A stretch of 49,633 nucleotides of DNA from Octopus bimaculoides (taxonomy: Eukaryota), in contig NC_068999.1 of NCBI RefSeq assembly GCF_001194135.2, positions 23,798,784-23,848,416 on the forward strand. The letters run 5' to 3'. A model generated the notes under the pieces. That model ran no database searches, was not told the DNA's origin, and was given only the letters and a program-made list of their open reading frames with translations. This document shows, one piece after another, positions 36,418-48,076 of the stretch. Position 1 is the first letter of the stretch; each line of letters starts with the position of its first letter. The position numbers were made by a program, and so were the translations under genes.

Positions 36418-36699
36418 CAGCCATAGTCCCAAGTACTGTGGGACTTGACTTGGAGTTTGTAGAAAGCATTTAAAAAAAAAAACATTGAGCATATTAACAT
36501 TCATCAGAAAATCCAGCTGTCTCTCAACACACTAAGACAGAAACTTATATATCCTCAGTAAAAATAAAAATATTTGTAGATATTGATCTTGGCACAGTAC
36601 CACTACATATGATGCTGAAATAAACTGTTGCATAGAATAATAGGAATTATTTTGCAAGAGAGTGAGATGGCTAATGTAACACAAACTATATATAACTGT

Positions 36700-37400
36700 C
36701 ATGATGGTGATGATTGGGACACATTTGTAGATGGGATGGAAGTCTTGTTTGAAATGTACCCAGCTGGACAGTAGGTAGTAGTAAGTGTGGGAGAAGCCAT
36801 GAAAAATATGGGGGAAAGAATGTTGGGATGGATTTTGAAAAGAGACCAAGGGCATTGTGTTTAGTGAAAATTCATTGCAGCCATATGCATCCCATAAATA
36901 CAAAAGAATTAGAAAGAAAATTTTGTGTATGTGTGAAATAAGACAAGCATGCTCCACTGGATGCAAATGATGGAGTACAAATGAACTGAAAGGGAAAATA
37001 GATATAGGAAGAACCAGATGTAATGTGCAAAAGAGAAAACTTTAGTTGGTATGAACATTTTGATGTGTATAGAGGATGACAGCTGCATAAAGAAATGGTG
37101 GGTGCTTAACCCTTTAGCATTCAGATTGTGTCAAATGTAGTGCATATTTATTCACATTGTTTTGAATTAATCTTTATCTCATAACTTTGAGATTGTGATG
37201 ATGTGTCTGTATATTTTTAGAATGACATTGTAGGGTAGGTGTGGGAGGTTGGATGTGACTGGTTTGAACATAAAACAGGTAGAATATTTTGGCTGGATAT
37301 GGCCGGTTTAAATGGTAAAGGGTGACAGTGTATGAAACCTGCAGAAGAGGAAAACTGAGGAAGATATAGGACAAAGTGATGATGGTTAAACTTAAGACTA
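36700..37400 (+). mobile_element. Degenerate RTE 3' fragment
   Basis: Recognisable remnants of the RTE C-terminal region (MLHW...ELKGK...RRKLSWYEH...EDDSCIKK...GRGKLRKI) split by a MITE. Confidence 0.6.
37110..37322. mobile_element. piggyBac-like MITE
   Basis: TTAA then CCCTTTAGCATT at the left end; AATGGTAAAGGG at the right (one mismatch), right TSD decayed. Partial copies at about 8245-8320 and 26060-26150. Confidence 0.7.
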
Positions 37401-37542
37401 TTATTTATGCAGGAAATTACAAAGAAAAAAAAAAGGTGATGATTGGTGACACAAGCTGGAGAGGATCCGACTAGCTATGAAAACATGGCTAAATATTAAA
37501 TATATGTTAGTGACAGAGGCAGTATTAATACTGAGAGGTAAT

Positions 37543-37779
37543 ATTTATCCCCACGTAAGTGTGGATTTTCTATTTGAACAAACTGTACTGCAGTGGATAC
37601 CATGAGAGAAACTCTCATATTGGCTTTTGGGGCATAATGCACCAAACTCTTGTTTATATCACTAGCAATATAAACAAGAGTGCATTTTGCACCAAAAGCC
37701 AATATGAGAGTTTCTCTCATGGTATCCACTGCAGTACAGTTTGTTCAAATAGAAAATCCACACTTAAGTGAGGATGAAT
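37543..37779. repeat. Near-perfect long inverted repeat (fold-back element), about 115-bp arms, 8-nt loop
   Basis: 37543-37659 is the reverse complement of 37668-37779 apart from a few substitutions and a 4-nt indel. Confidence 0.92.
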
Positions 37780-38140
37780 CATCATCGACGTTTAACGTCC
37801 GCTTTCCATGCTAGCATGGGTTGGACGATTTGACTGAGGACTGGTGAAACCAGATGGCTACACCAGACTCCAATCTGATTTGGCAGAGTTTCTGCAGCTG
37901 GATGCCCTTCCTAACGCCAACCACTCCGAGAGTGTAGTGGGTGCTTTTACGTGCCGCCGGCACGAAGGCCAGTCAGGCGGTACTGGCAACGGCCACTCTC
38001 AAAATGGTGTATTTTATGTGCCACCCGCACAAGAGCCAGTCCAGGGGCACTGGCAACGATCTCGCTCGAAAGTCCTTACACATGCCACGGGCACAAGTGC
38101 CAGAAAGGCGACGCTGGGCACAGGTGCCATCACAAATATT
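37780..38140 (-). mobile_element. RTE 3' UTR fragment
   Basis: Near-identical to 770-1100; 3 x 66-bp repeats. A further copy lies at about 46560-47000 (+). Confidence 0.9.
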
Positions 38141-38699
38141 AAATATTAAAATGACGGTAGTGGTAGAGGTTAGAATGTATGTGTATGTAGGTATGTACAC
38201 ACAACTGGGACTTCTCCCCATTTTGTACCTACTAGGTTTGCTGCCTATTTAATTTTCTCTCATATTTCCAGTGCTCAGTACCCTGTCTCCTACTCATTGT
38301 ACCATGCCACTCAGCATTGTAGTCATCCATTCTCAACCCCTTCTACTGCTCCCACCATGATGTGTGTGTAATAAAGGATTGTGCTGGATCTTTTCATGTC
38401 TGATTCATCTCTTCATCACCCTTAAATACTGCTAACCATCTCCCTGTCTCACCAGCTAACATTCTCCTTTATTAATAGCCATCCCTTCTCACCTCCAAGT
38501 TACTTAATGTTAGGGAGGGCATCCAGCCATAGAAGCCATGCCAAAAATAGAATGTACAAAGCAGGTATAAAATGGTGATGATGCTGTATTGATATATGTA
38601 TATGTGTTTATATATGCATTCATATTTCATGTCTGTATATGTTGCATATTTATACACATTTGTATGTGTTTCATATGTAAACATATTTATCCATGTGTA

Positions 38700-39830
38700 T
38701 TAGGGTGGAGTGAAAAAAGGTACTTTTTACACAGATTTTTGAAATATCTCTTCTAGAATATATTTTTTATTGCGAAATCCTTTAAAAATAGCTGTGTTAA
38801 AATCTGAAGTTCTTAAATTTACATCTTCAGGCTCTGCAGCCCACTTGGAATTTTGAATAATCACCAAAAAATCAATTTGTAGCATGTCTGCTGTTCCTCA
38901 TTTTATTTTTTACTTTCATTGTGCCGAATCGATTTTCTTTTGCGAAATCCTTTAAAAACAAGAGTGTTAAAATCTCAAGCTCTAATATTTATATCTTCAG
39001 GCTCCACATTGCACTTGAAATTTAGAAATTATATGAAATAAATAGACTTTTCGACTTTGTTTTCTTTGTTTTTAATACTAGGTAACTGAATATATGTGTT
39101 ACACGAGGTCTAGATTACACACACGTTAAAATAAAATTATGTATAAACCAATTTCTTATTCTTGACACATTTTGGTGATAAAAATAATTAACATTTCCAA
39201 TTTATTCGAAATAATTCCAGTTTTTAAAGGAGCTGCAATTGCAACAGGAAATGTCAAATCTTTTGTTGCGTTGTTTTTAAGCACATTACGGTTTGTTTGA
39301 AATGATGGCACATTTTTACTATTTTTCACAGATTTTCGTAATGCTTGTTACTTTAGATAAAAGTTTAAAATAAAGCATATTTTAGTCTGTCCTTGTAAGT
39401 TGGCAAAACTTACTCGCTAAGATCACATAGAGTACCAAATATTGGGCATTCAGTATCATGACATATTATTGGCTTAACACGATCAATGGCCTAAAGTCAA
39501 GGTACAAAGCAGAAAATGTACATCCACACGCAATGACCGTTGCAGTGGCACTGGAAAGAAGTTCACATTCCCATTCTCTTTATTGTCAGTGCAGAACCTC
39601 AAGATGTTAGTCAGTTGCATTGAAACTTGGTATTCAACCTCTTACGGCTACCATATTTACTGTTTTGCATTCTGCTATGTAGAAATATGTATTCATTATG
39701 ACTTATAATCCATGAAATCCAAAATTCGACCAAAAATTACGATTTTTAAAATTTTCAATTGTGTTGCAAAGCCTGAAAAGAATATTTAACTATAAAGTTC
39801 TTTATACACCTTTCTTTTAACCCTAATTTG
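38700..39830. mobile_element. Unclassified DNA-transposon-like relic
   Basis: Short terminal match ATTAGGGT...ACCCTAAT, an internal ~100-bp direct duplication (about 38765 and 38937), and minus-strand peptide remnants (ECPIFG..., LPTYKDRLKY). Confidence 0.35.
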
Positions 39831-39999
39831 CAACAAAATATCGATTCTTGGTTACCAATTTCAAAAGTTGCATTTTTTGCTCTACCCCAATGTGTATGTA
39901 TCATCGTCATTTACTTTTATTTTCCTATGCTTGCATGGGTTGGATGAATCTATTCCAGTATAGCAACTTGCTAATCTTTTGTGTTCTTTTTCTTTTCAG

Positions 40000-40131
40000 T
40001 TACTCATGGAAATTGTTCGTACCAAAAATTCACAACCTCTGCCTTTGATCAAACCATACTCAGGTCCCAGACTTCCACCAGATAGATATTGTTTGACTGC
40101 ACCTAATTATAAGCTAAAAAGTACTAAAAAA
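40000..40131 (+). CDS. TAF9: TAF9 coding exon 3
   Basis: [44 protein letters not shown], the conserved PLPLIKP...RLPPDRYCL block; TCTTTTCAG acceptor, GTAAGA donor. Confidence 0.96.
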
Positions 40132-41217
40132 GTAAGAATTTCTTTCATTCTTGTTGTTCTAATTCTTGCGTGTAAATTATTTTCCAAGTATTAAAGGCAA
40201 TGGACTGGCTGTGTGGTTTGCTTCCAAACCACATGGTTTCAGGTTCAATCCCAATGCGTAGTACATTAGGCAGGTGTCTCTGATTATTGTCCCAGGGCAA
40301 CCAAAGCCTTGTGAGTGGATATGGTAGATGATAACTGAAAGAGATGCATCATGTATACGTGTGTGTATATATATATAAAGTGATATTGGTGCCACATAAA
40401 AAGCACCAAAATACACTCTTGTAAGGTGGATGGCAATAGGAAGGATAGAAATCATACCAGAACAGAATGTACACACAGACACACAAACCCTAACCACTAA
40501 GCCATGTGTGAAGTTGTGTGGCATCGGGGTTAAGATGTTATACTCACAATTGCAAGATTGTGGTTTCAGTTACTAGACCAGGCTGTGCATTGTTCTCTTA
40601 AGCAAAACACTTCATTTCACATTGCTCTGTGATTACTTCGACATCTGACGTGTGGCATACTGTGCACCTATACAGGCAATGTAGATTTGATGGAGAGAGT
40701 GAGTTAATATACAGCAAAAACGTTTGATCATGATAAACATATCATCTGTGTAAATGGTTCAGCAAGAATTGAAACCCTTATCTGTCATTTATGACTGGAG
40801 GGTCCACCTTATGCATGTGTGTATGTATATATATATATGCATATACATGTACTGATGCCACATAAAAAGCATTGGTCAACACTAAAGTGGTTGATATATA
40901 TATACACACATACACACACAAATGTCCTTATGTCTTGATATCACATGATCGTTTGTAAAATAGTTGTCACTCTCATTCATTTCTAATGTACTGCAAGAGC
41001 ATGTTTGGCCATGGGTAAATATTATCTTGCTTGGAAACCGGTGACTGTTGGTAACAGAAGGGCAGCTGGTCTTAAAAACTCTACAGCAGTAAAACTCTGG
41101 CTGACCTATGCAGACACAGAAAAGGAGATGTTAAGAAAAATTATTATAAATGTATAACTTAAGCAGAACATTGCCATTCAACATTGCTAAAACTGTTATA
41201 TGAATTTTATCTTTTAG

Positions 41218-41311
41218 CACAAACTACCTATGAATCTTCCTGTAAATCAGTATTCTACAACACTTCCATCACAAAGAATTAGTTTAACACCACTACAGCA
41301 AAATATATCTG
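41218..41311 (+). CDS. TAF9: TAF9 coding exon 4 (predicted; alternative in-frame acceptor at 41251)
   Basis: An exon of phase 0 to 1 is needed between exons 3 and 5; TTTTATCTTTTAG acceptor, GTGAGT donor, open frame HKLPMNLPVNQYSTTLPSQRISLTPLQQNIS(G). No strong homology support. Confidence 0.7.
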
Positions 41312-42506
41312 GTGAGTATTCCTATGAATCCTATTAGATAAAGTTGATCCTTGTTTTACAAATGCTTCTTATCAACTACAAATTGGTTTACAAACAATTT
41401 TTCAAACATAAAATGTCTTGGGTGACAAATATTGCCTCAAGTAACCAATGCACAACTTGGGAGTATCAGCAAGAGAGCATTAGTTGCTGTCTGGCTTTTA
41501 CTCAGTGCACATCCCTGCTTCAGTTTTCCATGCCTTATTTTGAATTTCCTATGGGAAAAATAGTTTCAATTTATGAACATTTCATGTCAGGAACAACCTT
41601 CAGGAATGAATTAAACTCATAAACTGAGGTTGCACTGTATTTCATTGTTATATACATATGTTTTTTGACAGGAAAAAAAATTAACCAGGAAGGATTTGCT
41701 TTAATGATAAAATGAATTTTTTATATCTAGAAATTTACATTGCAACAAGACAGCCTCTTAACTAATCTTAGTGCCAATGCTGGTTTGTTTCTGTCCCTGT
41801 AACTTAGCAGTTCAGCAAAAGAGACCGAAAGAATAAGTACTAGTCTTATAAAAGAGGACTGGGATCAATTTCTTTGACTAAACCCTTTAGGTAGTGCTCC
41901 AGCATGGCCACAGTCAAATGACTGAAACAAATAAAAGAATAGTATAGAGCCTTAAGTAAGTGCTCCTTGACAAACTATTGTCATGTCTTTGTGAATTGTT
42001 TACCATATTTTTGGGCATGTAAGACGCACTCCAATTGTGGTAGACTTAACTGCCTCACTGCAGTTAACCTGAATCCCTGAGGTGAATATCTCGCACACTT
42101 TGATGTATAGGAACCATGAAAATTTAGACTGGCACCCTTTGGTGGGGTATTTATGGCAGGCTATGTTACTTACCATTAACACTAATGGAAGCAGATGTGG
42201 CTTTGTGGTAAGAAGCTTGCTTCCCAACCACATAGTTCCAGGTTAATTCCTACTGCATGGCAAATGTCTTCTATAGTCTCAGGCTGACCAAAGCCTTGTC
42301 AGTGAATTTGGTAAATGGAAATTGAATGAAGCCTGTCATATATATATGTCTGTGTGTGTATATGTCTTTGCATCTCTGTCTGTTCCCCCCCCCTACCTCT
42401 TGACCACCAGTGTTGGTGTCTTTATGTCCTCATAACTTAGCATTTGAGCAAAAGAGACTGAAAGAATAAGTACCAGGCTTAAAAATAGAAGTCCTGGGGT
42501 TGATTT

Positions 42507-42915
42507 ACATTATTTACATTTGACGGATATTGATCCTCATCTTGTTTGTTGTTAACACAACGTTTCAACTGATATATTCTCCAGCCTTCATCAGGTGTCT
42601 TGGGGAAATTTCGAACCTGGGTTCTCATTCCTAAGGTATTTTTCAATGTTATTATTATCATTATTCAGGTCACTGCCTGGAATCGAACTACTACCCCAAG
42701 ATTCCGAGTTCGATTCCAGGCAGTGACCTGAATAATAATAATAACATTGAAAAATACCTTAGGAATGAGAACCCAGGTTCGAAATTTCCCCAAGACACCT
42801 GATGAAGGCTGGAGAATATATCAGTTGAAACGTTGTGTTAACAACAAACAAGATGAGGACCAATATCCGTCAATTGTAAATAATGTACATAATTCCTCAT
42901 TTCTCAAATATAAAA
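42507..42915. mobile_element. Fold-back hammerhead-bearing short element with 13-bp TSD, inserted in a SINE
   Basis: Arms 42506-42689 and 42707-42887 differ at only about 3 sites; 17-nt spacer; CTGGGGTTGATTT duplicated at 42494-42506 and 42916-42928; the host SINE (about 42186-42995) rejoins across it. Confidence 0.9.
42794..42839 (+). ncRNA. Minimal type I hammerhead ribozyme motif
   Basis: GACAC-CTGATGA-A-GGCTG[GAGAATATAT]CAGTT-GAAA-CG-TT|GTGTT; stems I and II pair (with G-U), stem III is the palindrome AACGTT. An identical copy lies on the minus strand at 42554-42599. Confidence 0.75.
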
Positions 42916-44500
42916 CTGGGGTTGATTTGTTTAAAACCCTTCAATGCAGTGCCTCAGCATGGCCACAGTCAAATGACCAAAACAAGTAAAAGGTAAAAGC
43001 AAAGATAGAAGATACCAAATATCACCACTATTAGGTTTTGGCAATGCCGATTGCTGTCCTCTGATGTGAACAAACAATAGCACATCACTGATGTGCTTAT
43101 TATATCTGTAATTCATTACTGTAACTACATGTGTATTTATATATTTTTCATTTATCACATTCAATTTCTAATCATTCTAAAGCTAGATACTGGTAGTCCT
43201 TACCGCACTAAAATTAACACTTGTCAATTGGCCAAAGTTATGCAAAGGTGCAGGGTGATTTGGGGAAATTTTTTGGTAAAAAATCACGGCTCTTATACCA
43301 GAAAATGCAATACCTCATAACACAACAGAGAAACCTCAATCTTTAAAGGCATTGTTACAATTATAATTGCCCAAACCTCAATATTTTATATTTGCAGTAT
43401 TTATATCTGCACCACTCTTCACTCTGTTTCATCTCCAGTTATCATTATGTGTCTCTTTTTAGTATGTCCTTAGTTGTAGAATGAATTTGAACTTCAAAGT
43501 TTTATTTCTTAACTAAAAATAGTAATGTACTTTCCATTAAGTCTCTAACAGTTATAAATTATGTGAATGAGACTTATAAATAGTTTAAAAAAAAAAAAAC
43601 ACTGTTAAATTCATACCTGAAGGTTTAAAACATTTTGGTTTGAAGCAGAGAGAAGTCAATAGATTTGTTATATTTTATATTTGACTGTATAGGAAACTGA
43701 AGTTGAAAACTTAATCTAAAAGTTGTATTTTACACAAGTATGACAATTGTAGGGAATAATCACTTCCTGGGCATTTGTTTTATAGTTTTAACTTATTCAA
43801 TGAAATCATTTAGAAATACGCACCATCTGAGTGTGCACCAATTACATTGGTACAGACATCATCATCATTGTCTGTTTTTTTATACTGGCATGATTTGAGT
43901 GCTTCAATAGGAACTGACAAGCCAGAGGACTACACCAGACTCCAATTTATGCTTGGACAGAGTTTCTACAGCTTGATGCCCTTCCTAATGCCAACCACTT
44001 TATAGAGTGTATTGGGTGCTTTTGTTTTTCATGGTACCAGCACCAGTGAGGTTGCTAAGTACTCACTATACAGAACCCTTCAACTGAATGAGGTATAGTA
44101 TTTAAGGTGGTAAAAGTATGATAGATGGCAGGAAGAGGTGTCTTGCTGAAAAGAAGATACATGGCTTCCCCAGCTGAAGAGAGGAGATGGTGAGGGTGCA
44201 CTGTCATGGTAACACTGCGAATATAAGAGAAAGAATAGACATAGAATATAATGCAAAATGATGATAAATCTTAAAATAGGAAAGTGATATGAATTCATGT
44301 TAGACATATTGTGTGGTAAGAAGCTTGCTTCTCAACCACAATTCCAAGTTCAGTCCTGTTGTGTGGCACCTTGGGCAAATGTCTTCTACTATAACATCAG
44401 GCCAACCAAAGCCTTGTGAGTAGATTTAGTAGATGGAAACTGAAAAGGCTATATATNNNNNNNNNNNNNNNNNNNNNNNNNNNNNNNNNNNNNNNNNNNN

Positions 44501-44536
<36 letters not shown>

Positions 44537-44713
44537 ATAAGAGTGAAAAAACTACAGAAGGCTTGTGTTACATGGTTAAAGTATATATTTAAATTATGTC
44601 AGAAAAATGTTAGAAAATCTTTTTGGTATATAAACATTGTATTTTGAGAAATAACCGGTTTCGTGTTGTCTTTTCAAATTTCTCTACTTCATTGTGTCGT
44701 ATACACACACACA

Positions 44714-44930
44714 CAAGGGGTTGTTGAAAAGTTCCTAGTTTTGGCTAAAAGAAAATGTAGGAGGGTCAGTTAATTATGGTTTTATTCAACATATTTCCTT
44801 CTCAATTCACACCCTTATTGCAGTGGACCTTCAGTTTTTCTAAGCCCTGTAAAAGAACTCTGAAGGTTGGACCTCCTACCAGGCCTTTTGCGACACCCTT
44901 AAAGCCAGGAACTTTTTCAGCACACCCTTG
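44714..44930. mobile_element. Mariner-type MITE
   Basis: Imperfect ~22-bp TIRs CAAGGGGTTGTTGAAAAGTTCC / GGAACTTTTTCAGCACACCCTTG, followed by TA. Confidence 0.75.
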
Positions 44931-45233
44931 TATGCATGCATGTATTTTGACTACTGGTGCTGGTGCATTTACATCCCTGTAACTTAGTGGTTTGGAAAAA
45001 TAGATCAATAGAAAAGTACTATACTTACAAGAAAATAAGTCCTGGGGTCGAACTAAAACCCTACAAGGTGGTGCCCCAGCATGGCCACAGTCAAATGACT
45101 GGAACAAGTAAAAGATAAAAGATATTCTCTGTAGGATTAAGCTAAGAAAGTAAAATAGATATAGAACAAAGTAAACGAAATAATGGTAATGAGGATAATG
45201 ATCTTAATATGATTTTATTTTTGTCTGTTTCAG

Positions 45234-45395
45234 GAAAATTAGGATCTAGTATTGGCCTCTCAGGCTCAGGAAATCCTACTTTGACTGTGGTAACAAAGGG
45301 AGTCAGTTTGCCAACAGTTACTATTGTTAGTAAACCTGTGTCTTCCTCAAGTACAACAATCAGTCAGAAACCAACAATAAGGATTACTACAGGCG
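45234..45395 (+). CDS. TAF9: TAF9 coding exon 5
   Basis: 162 nt, phase 1 to 1, (G)KLGSSIGLSGSGNPTLTVVTKGVSLPTVTIVSKPVSSSSTTISQKPTIRITTG; TCTGTTTCAG acceptor, GTAAGT donor; Ser/Thr-rich like TAF9 C-termini. Confidence 0.82.
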
Positions 45396-47370
45396 GTAAG
45401 TACTCCTTCTCTAAAATTCAAAATGATTTTGTGTGTGTGTGTGTAGAATATACCAGGTGACTGAGAATGAAACAAACCACAAAGAAAATCTAAAATACCA
45501 AACAGACAGCAAAACAGCTCCCACATTTGGGTGGATACCTCAAAGAATCAAGCCAATCAGCAAAACTCTCCTTGGCACCAATGATGGTCTCTGTGACTAC
45601 AGAAGTCACTGGATGCAGGATCAAGTGAACTAACTCATGCCATCCACCACACCCATGACAACAACCTCACACCTCCTCACCATCGTGGGTCCACTGTTCA
45701 GTCCCCTATTATCACCCTGATGATATGATGCCATTGGTACAGAAGCTTAGGGGTTTTCGAATGTGCTGAGTTCAGAGATTACATCATGTTACAGCCACAT
45801 ATTTAGATGTATTAAAACTAGACCTTAAGATTAAGTCAAATCACTCTCCGTAACCAGGAGGGAAGATTGACTAGTTTTTATTTTCATTAAAACTTAGACT
45901 GTGCCGATTCGGCATGTTTTGGGACAAATCCTAGCAATCTGCATGTTGCATTGTTTATCTCGCACCACCATTTATGCATGAATTTTAGGATAGAGGATGT
46001 TTAATTTTTGCTGTGGCTTTATCATAAGATTAACACCTCATCGTTGTCTTTTAATCTTCACTTTTCCATGCTTGCATGAGTCGGACAAAATTTAATGAGG
46101 CATATTTTCCTCTGACTGTCTGTTCTTCCTGTTGCCAACCCTGATCTGTTTTCCGAGCAATGTAATATTTCCCCACTAATCCCATCCAGTAACCAAAAGC
46201 ACACTGGCCAGACATGTTTCCACGGAAGATTGCAAAGAACAAAAACATCATGCTAGTGATGTTCATTTACAGCAGGTGTGATGTTATGACAAGGCGACAT
46301 AGACATACTGACACACATGTACATGTGTGTGTGCAAAAAATAAACCTTGGCCAGTCTCCAGTCAGGGGTGTTCAGTTGTTTGACCAGCTGCAGCACTTGC
46401 TCTCTAAACGTTATTCTCAAACACAATCAGTATGACATGACGCAGTGTATGGAAAGGTTGAACTTTTGTATTACAAGTACAATTGTCAAACAGATTCTAA
46501 TTATGGTCGTCTCATATATATTTGGGGATGCTGTACTGAAATTTAGGAATTCCAAACATGATACCAATTTTGAAAAGTACTGCTTGCGAAGACTTATTGG
46601 GGCAAGCGAAAGTGAAACCATCAATGGGCTTGCGAAGACTTATTGGGGAAAGCGAAAGCAAAACCGTCAATGGCACCTGTGCCCAGCATCGCCTTCCTGG
46701 CACATGTAAAGACATTCGAGCGAGATTGTTGCCAGTGCCACTGAACTGGCTCCTGTGCAGGTGGCACGTAAAATACACCATTTTGAGCGTGGCCATTGCC
46801 AGTACCGCCTGACTGGCCTTCGTGCCGGTGGCATGTAAAAGCACCTACTACACTCTCGGAGTGGTTGGCATTAGGAAGGGCATCCAGCTGTAGAAACTCT
46901 GCCAAATGAGATTAGAGCCTGGTGTAGCCATCTGGTTCACCAGTCCTCAATCAAATCGTCCAACCCATGCTAGCATGGAAAGCGGACGTTAAACGACGAT
47001 GTTGGTGAGGAGTTAACTTAGAAACATTTGTTTCTATTAAGAGAATGAGACAATTATATAAAAGCTGAATTTTTTTTTTCTTATTACCTTAGAATTGAAA
47101 GACATAATGATTGAAAATTAAATGAATTGAGATGATTTTTATTTAATTAAGAGACAGTATTGAAAAGTAAACTAACAAAGGGAATGATCTAAAGATATCA
47201 AATATTGAACCCTTCTAGAACTAAAAAATGGTAAAATAAAATATATGTTCATTTGTCTGAAATAGAAAAATGTAGATATGTGAGATTAGCTTTACACATC
47301 ATCATCCTTTTTCCATGCTAGCATGAGTTGGAAAATAAGAATGCTATGTGTTGATGAAATTATATATTTT

Positions 47371-47683
47371 TATAGCTATTTATTATACGGAACATAAATA
47401 CATCGTTGAAAGGCAAATTTACTGCAGTATTGTCTGGAGATAACATATATATTGGTGGAAGCTGAAGATTGGTCCAGCAGTGGCTCATGAGAATGCCAGA
47501 TGCATTTCAGCTTCATTGGGCCTTGACAGCGGTGTGCTCTCGTAGCTGCTGCCAGTCTGATATTTATTATGTTTTTTAAACGCAGCATATCCATAAGAAA
47601 TGTTATCTTCAGTGTATACTGCTGTAAACTTGCCTTTCAGTGATGTGTTTACATTTTAGTATGATACATAGATGGCTGTTATA
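47371..47683. mobile_element. Fold-back MITE with long (~95-bp) degenerate TIRs
   Basis: CATCGTTGAAAGGCAAATTTACTGCAGTA...GGAGATAACAT pairs with ATGTTATCTTCAG...TACTGCTGTAAACTTGCCTTTCAGTGATG; the inner region also pairs loosely. Confidence 0.7.
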
Positions 47684-47801
47684 ATTTAATACTGCTTCTA
47701 TTGCATATGATAGATATTTTTAATTATAACATTATTAGAATTATGATTTACTTGTAACTACATCTTTTCAAGTATAACAGTTTTTTTTTCCCTCTTTCTA
47801 G

Positions 47802-48076
47802 GTTCTAAACCAGCAACCAGCAATTCTAACATCCAAAGTGGTACTGGCAACCAACACAGCCAAGTAACAATGAATACAACTAGCTGCCACGTAACTGGGA
47901 GTAACGCTGTTTCTAACACAAGTATTATATCCACTGGTGGTACCTCTCTGGTTACTCCTCAAACCATCAACATTAATCCACAACAAACTTCACAAATTGG
48001 TTCAACCATTCCAACTGCTGGTGTTAGTAATCCTCTCAAAAGGAAGCTTCCTGATGATGATTATGATAAAGTTTGA
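47802..48076 (+). CDS. TAF9: TAF9 terminal coding exon
   Basis: Long pyrimidine tract plus TAG; ends SNPLKRKLPDDDYDKV*, matching the TAF9 C-terminal KRK...DDDYD motif. The six exons sum to 918 nt (305 aa plus stop). Confidence 0.9.

Noticed and set aside
42479-42989. Twin ORFs encoding the same peptide on opposite strands
   Set aside because: A by-product of the palindrome; no protein similarity recognised and no coding role needed.
45714-45753. Hammerhead-like CCCTGATGA...GAAGCTTAGGG after a possible GIY-YIG tail remnant
   Set aside because: GAAA is incomplete, stem II pairs poorly and stem I has only 2 bp; too degenerate to support.
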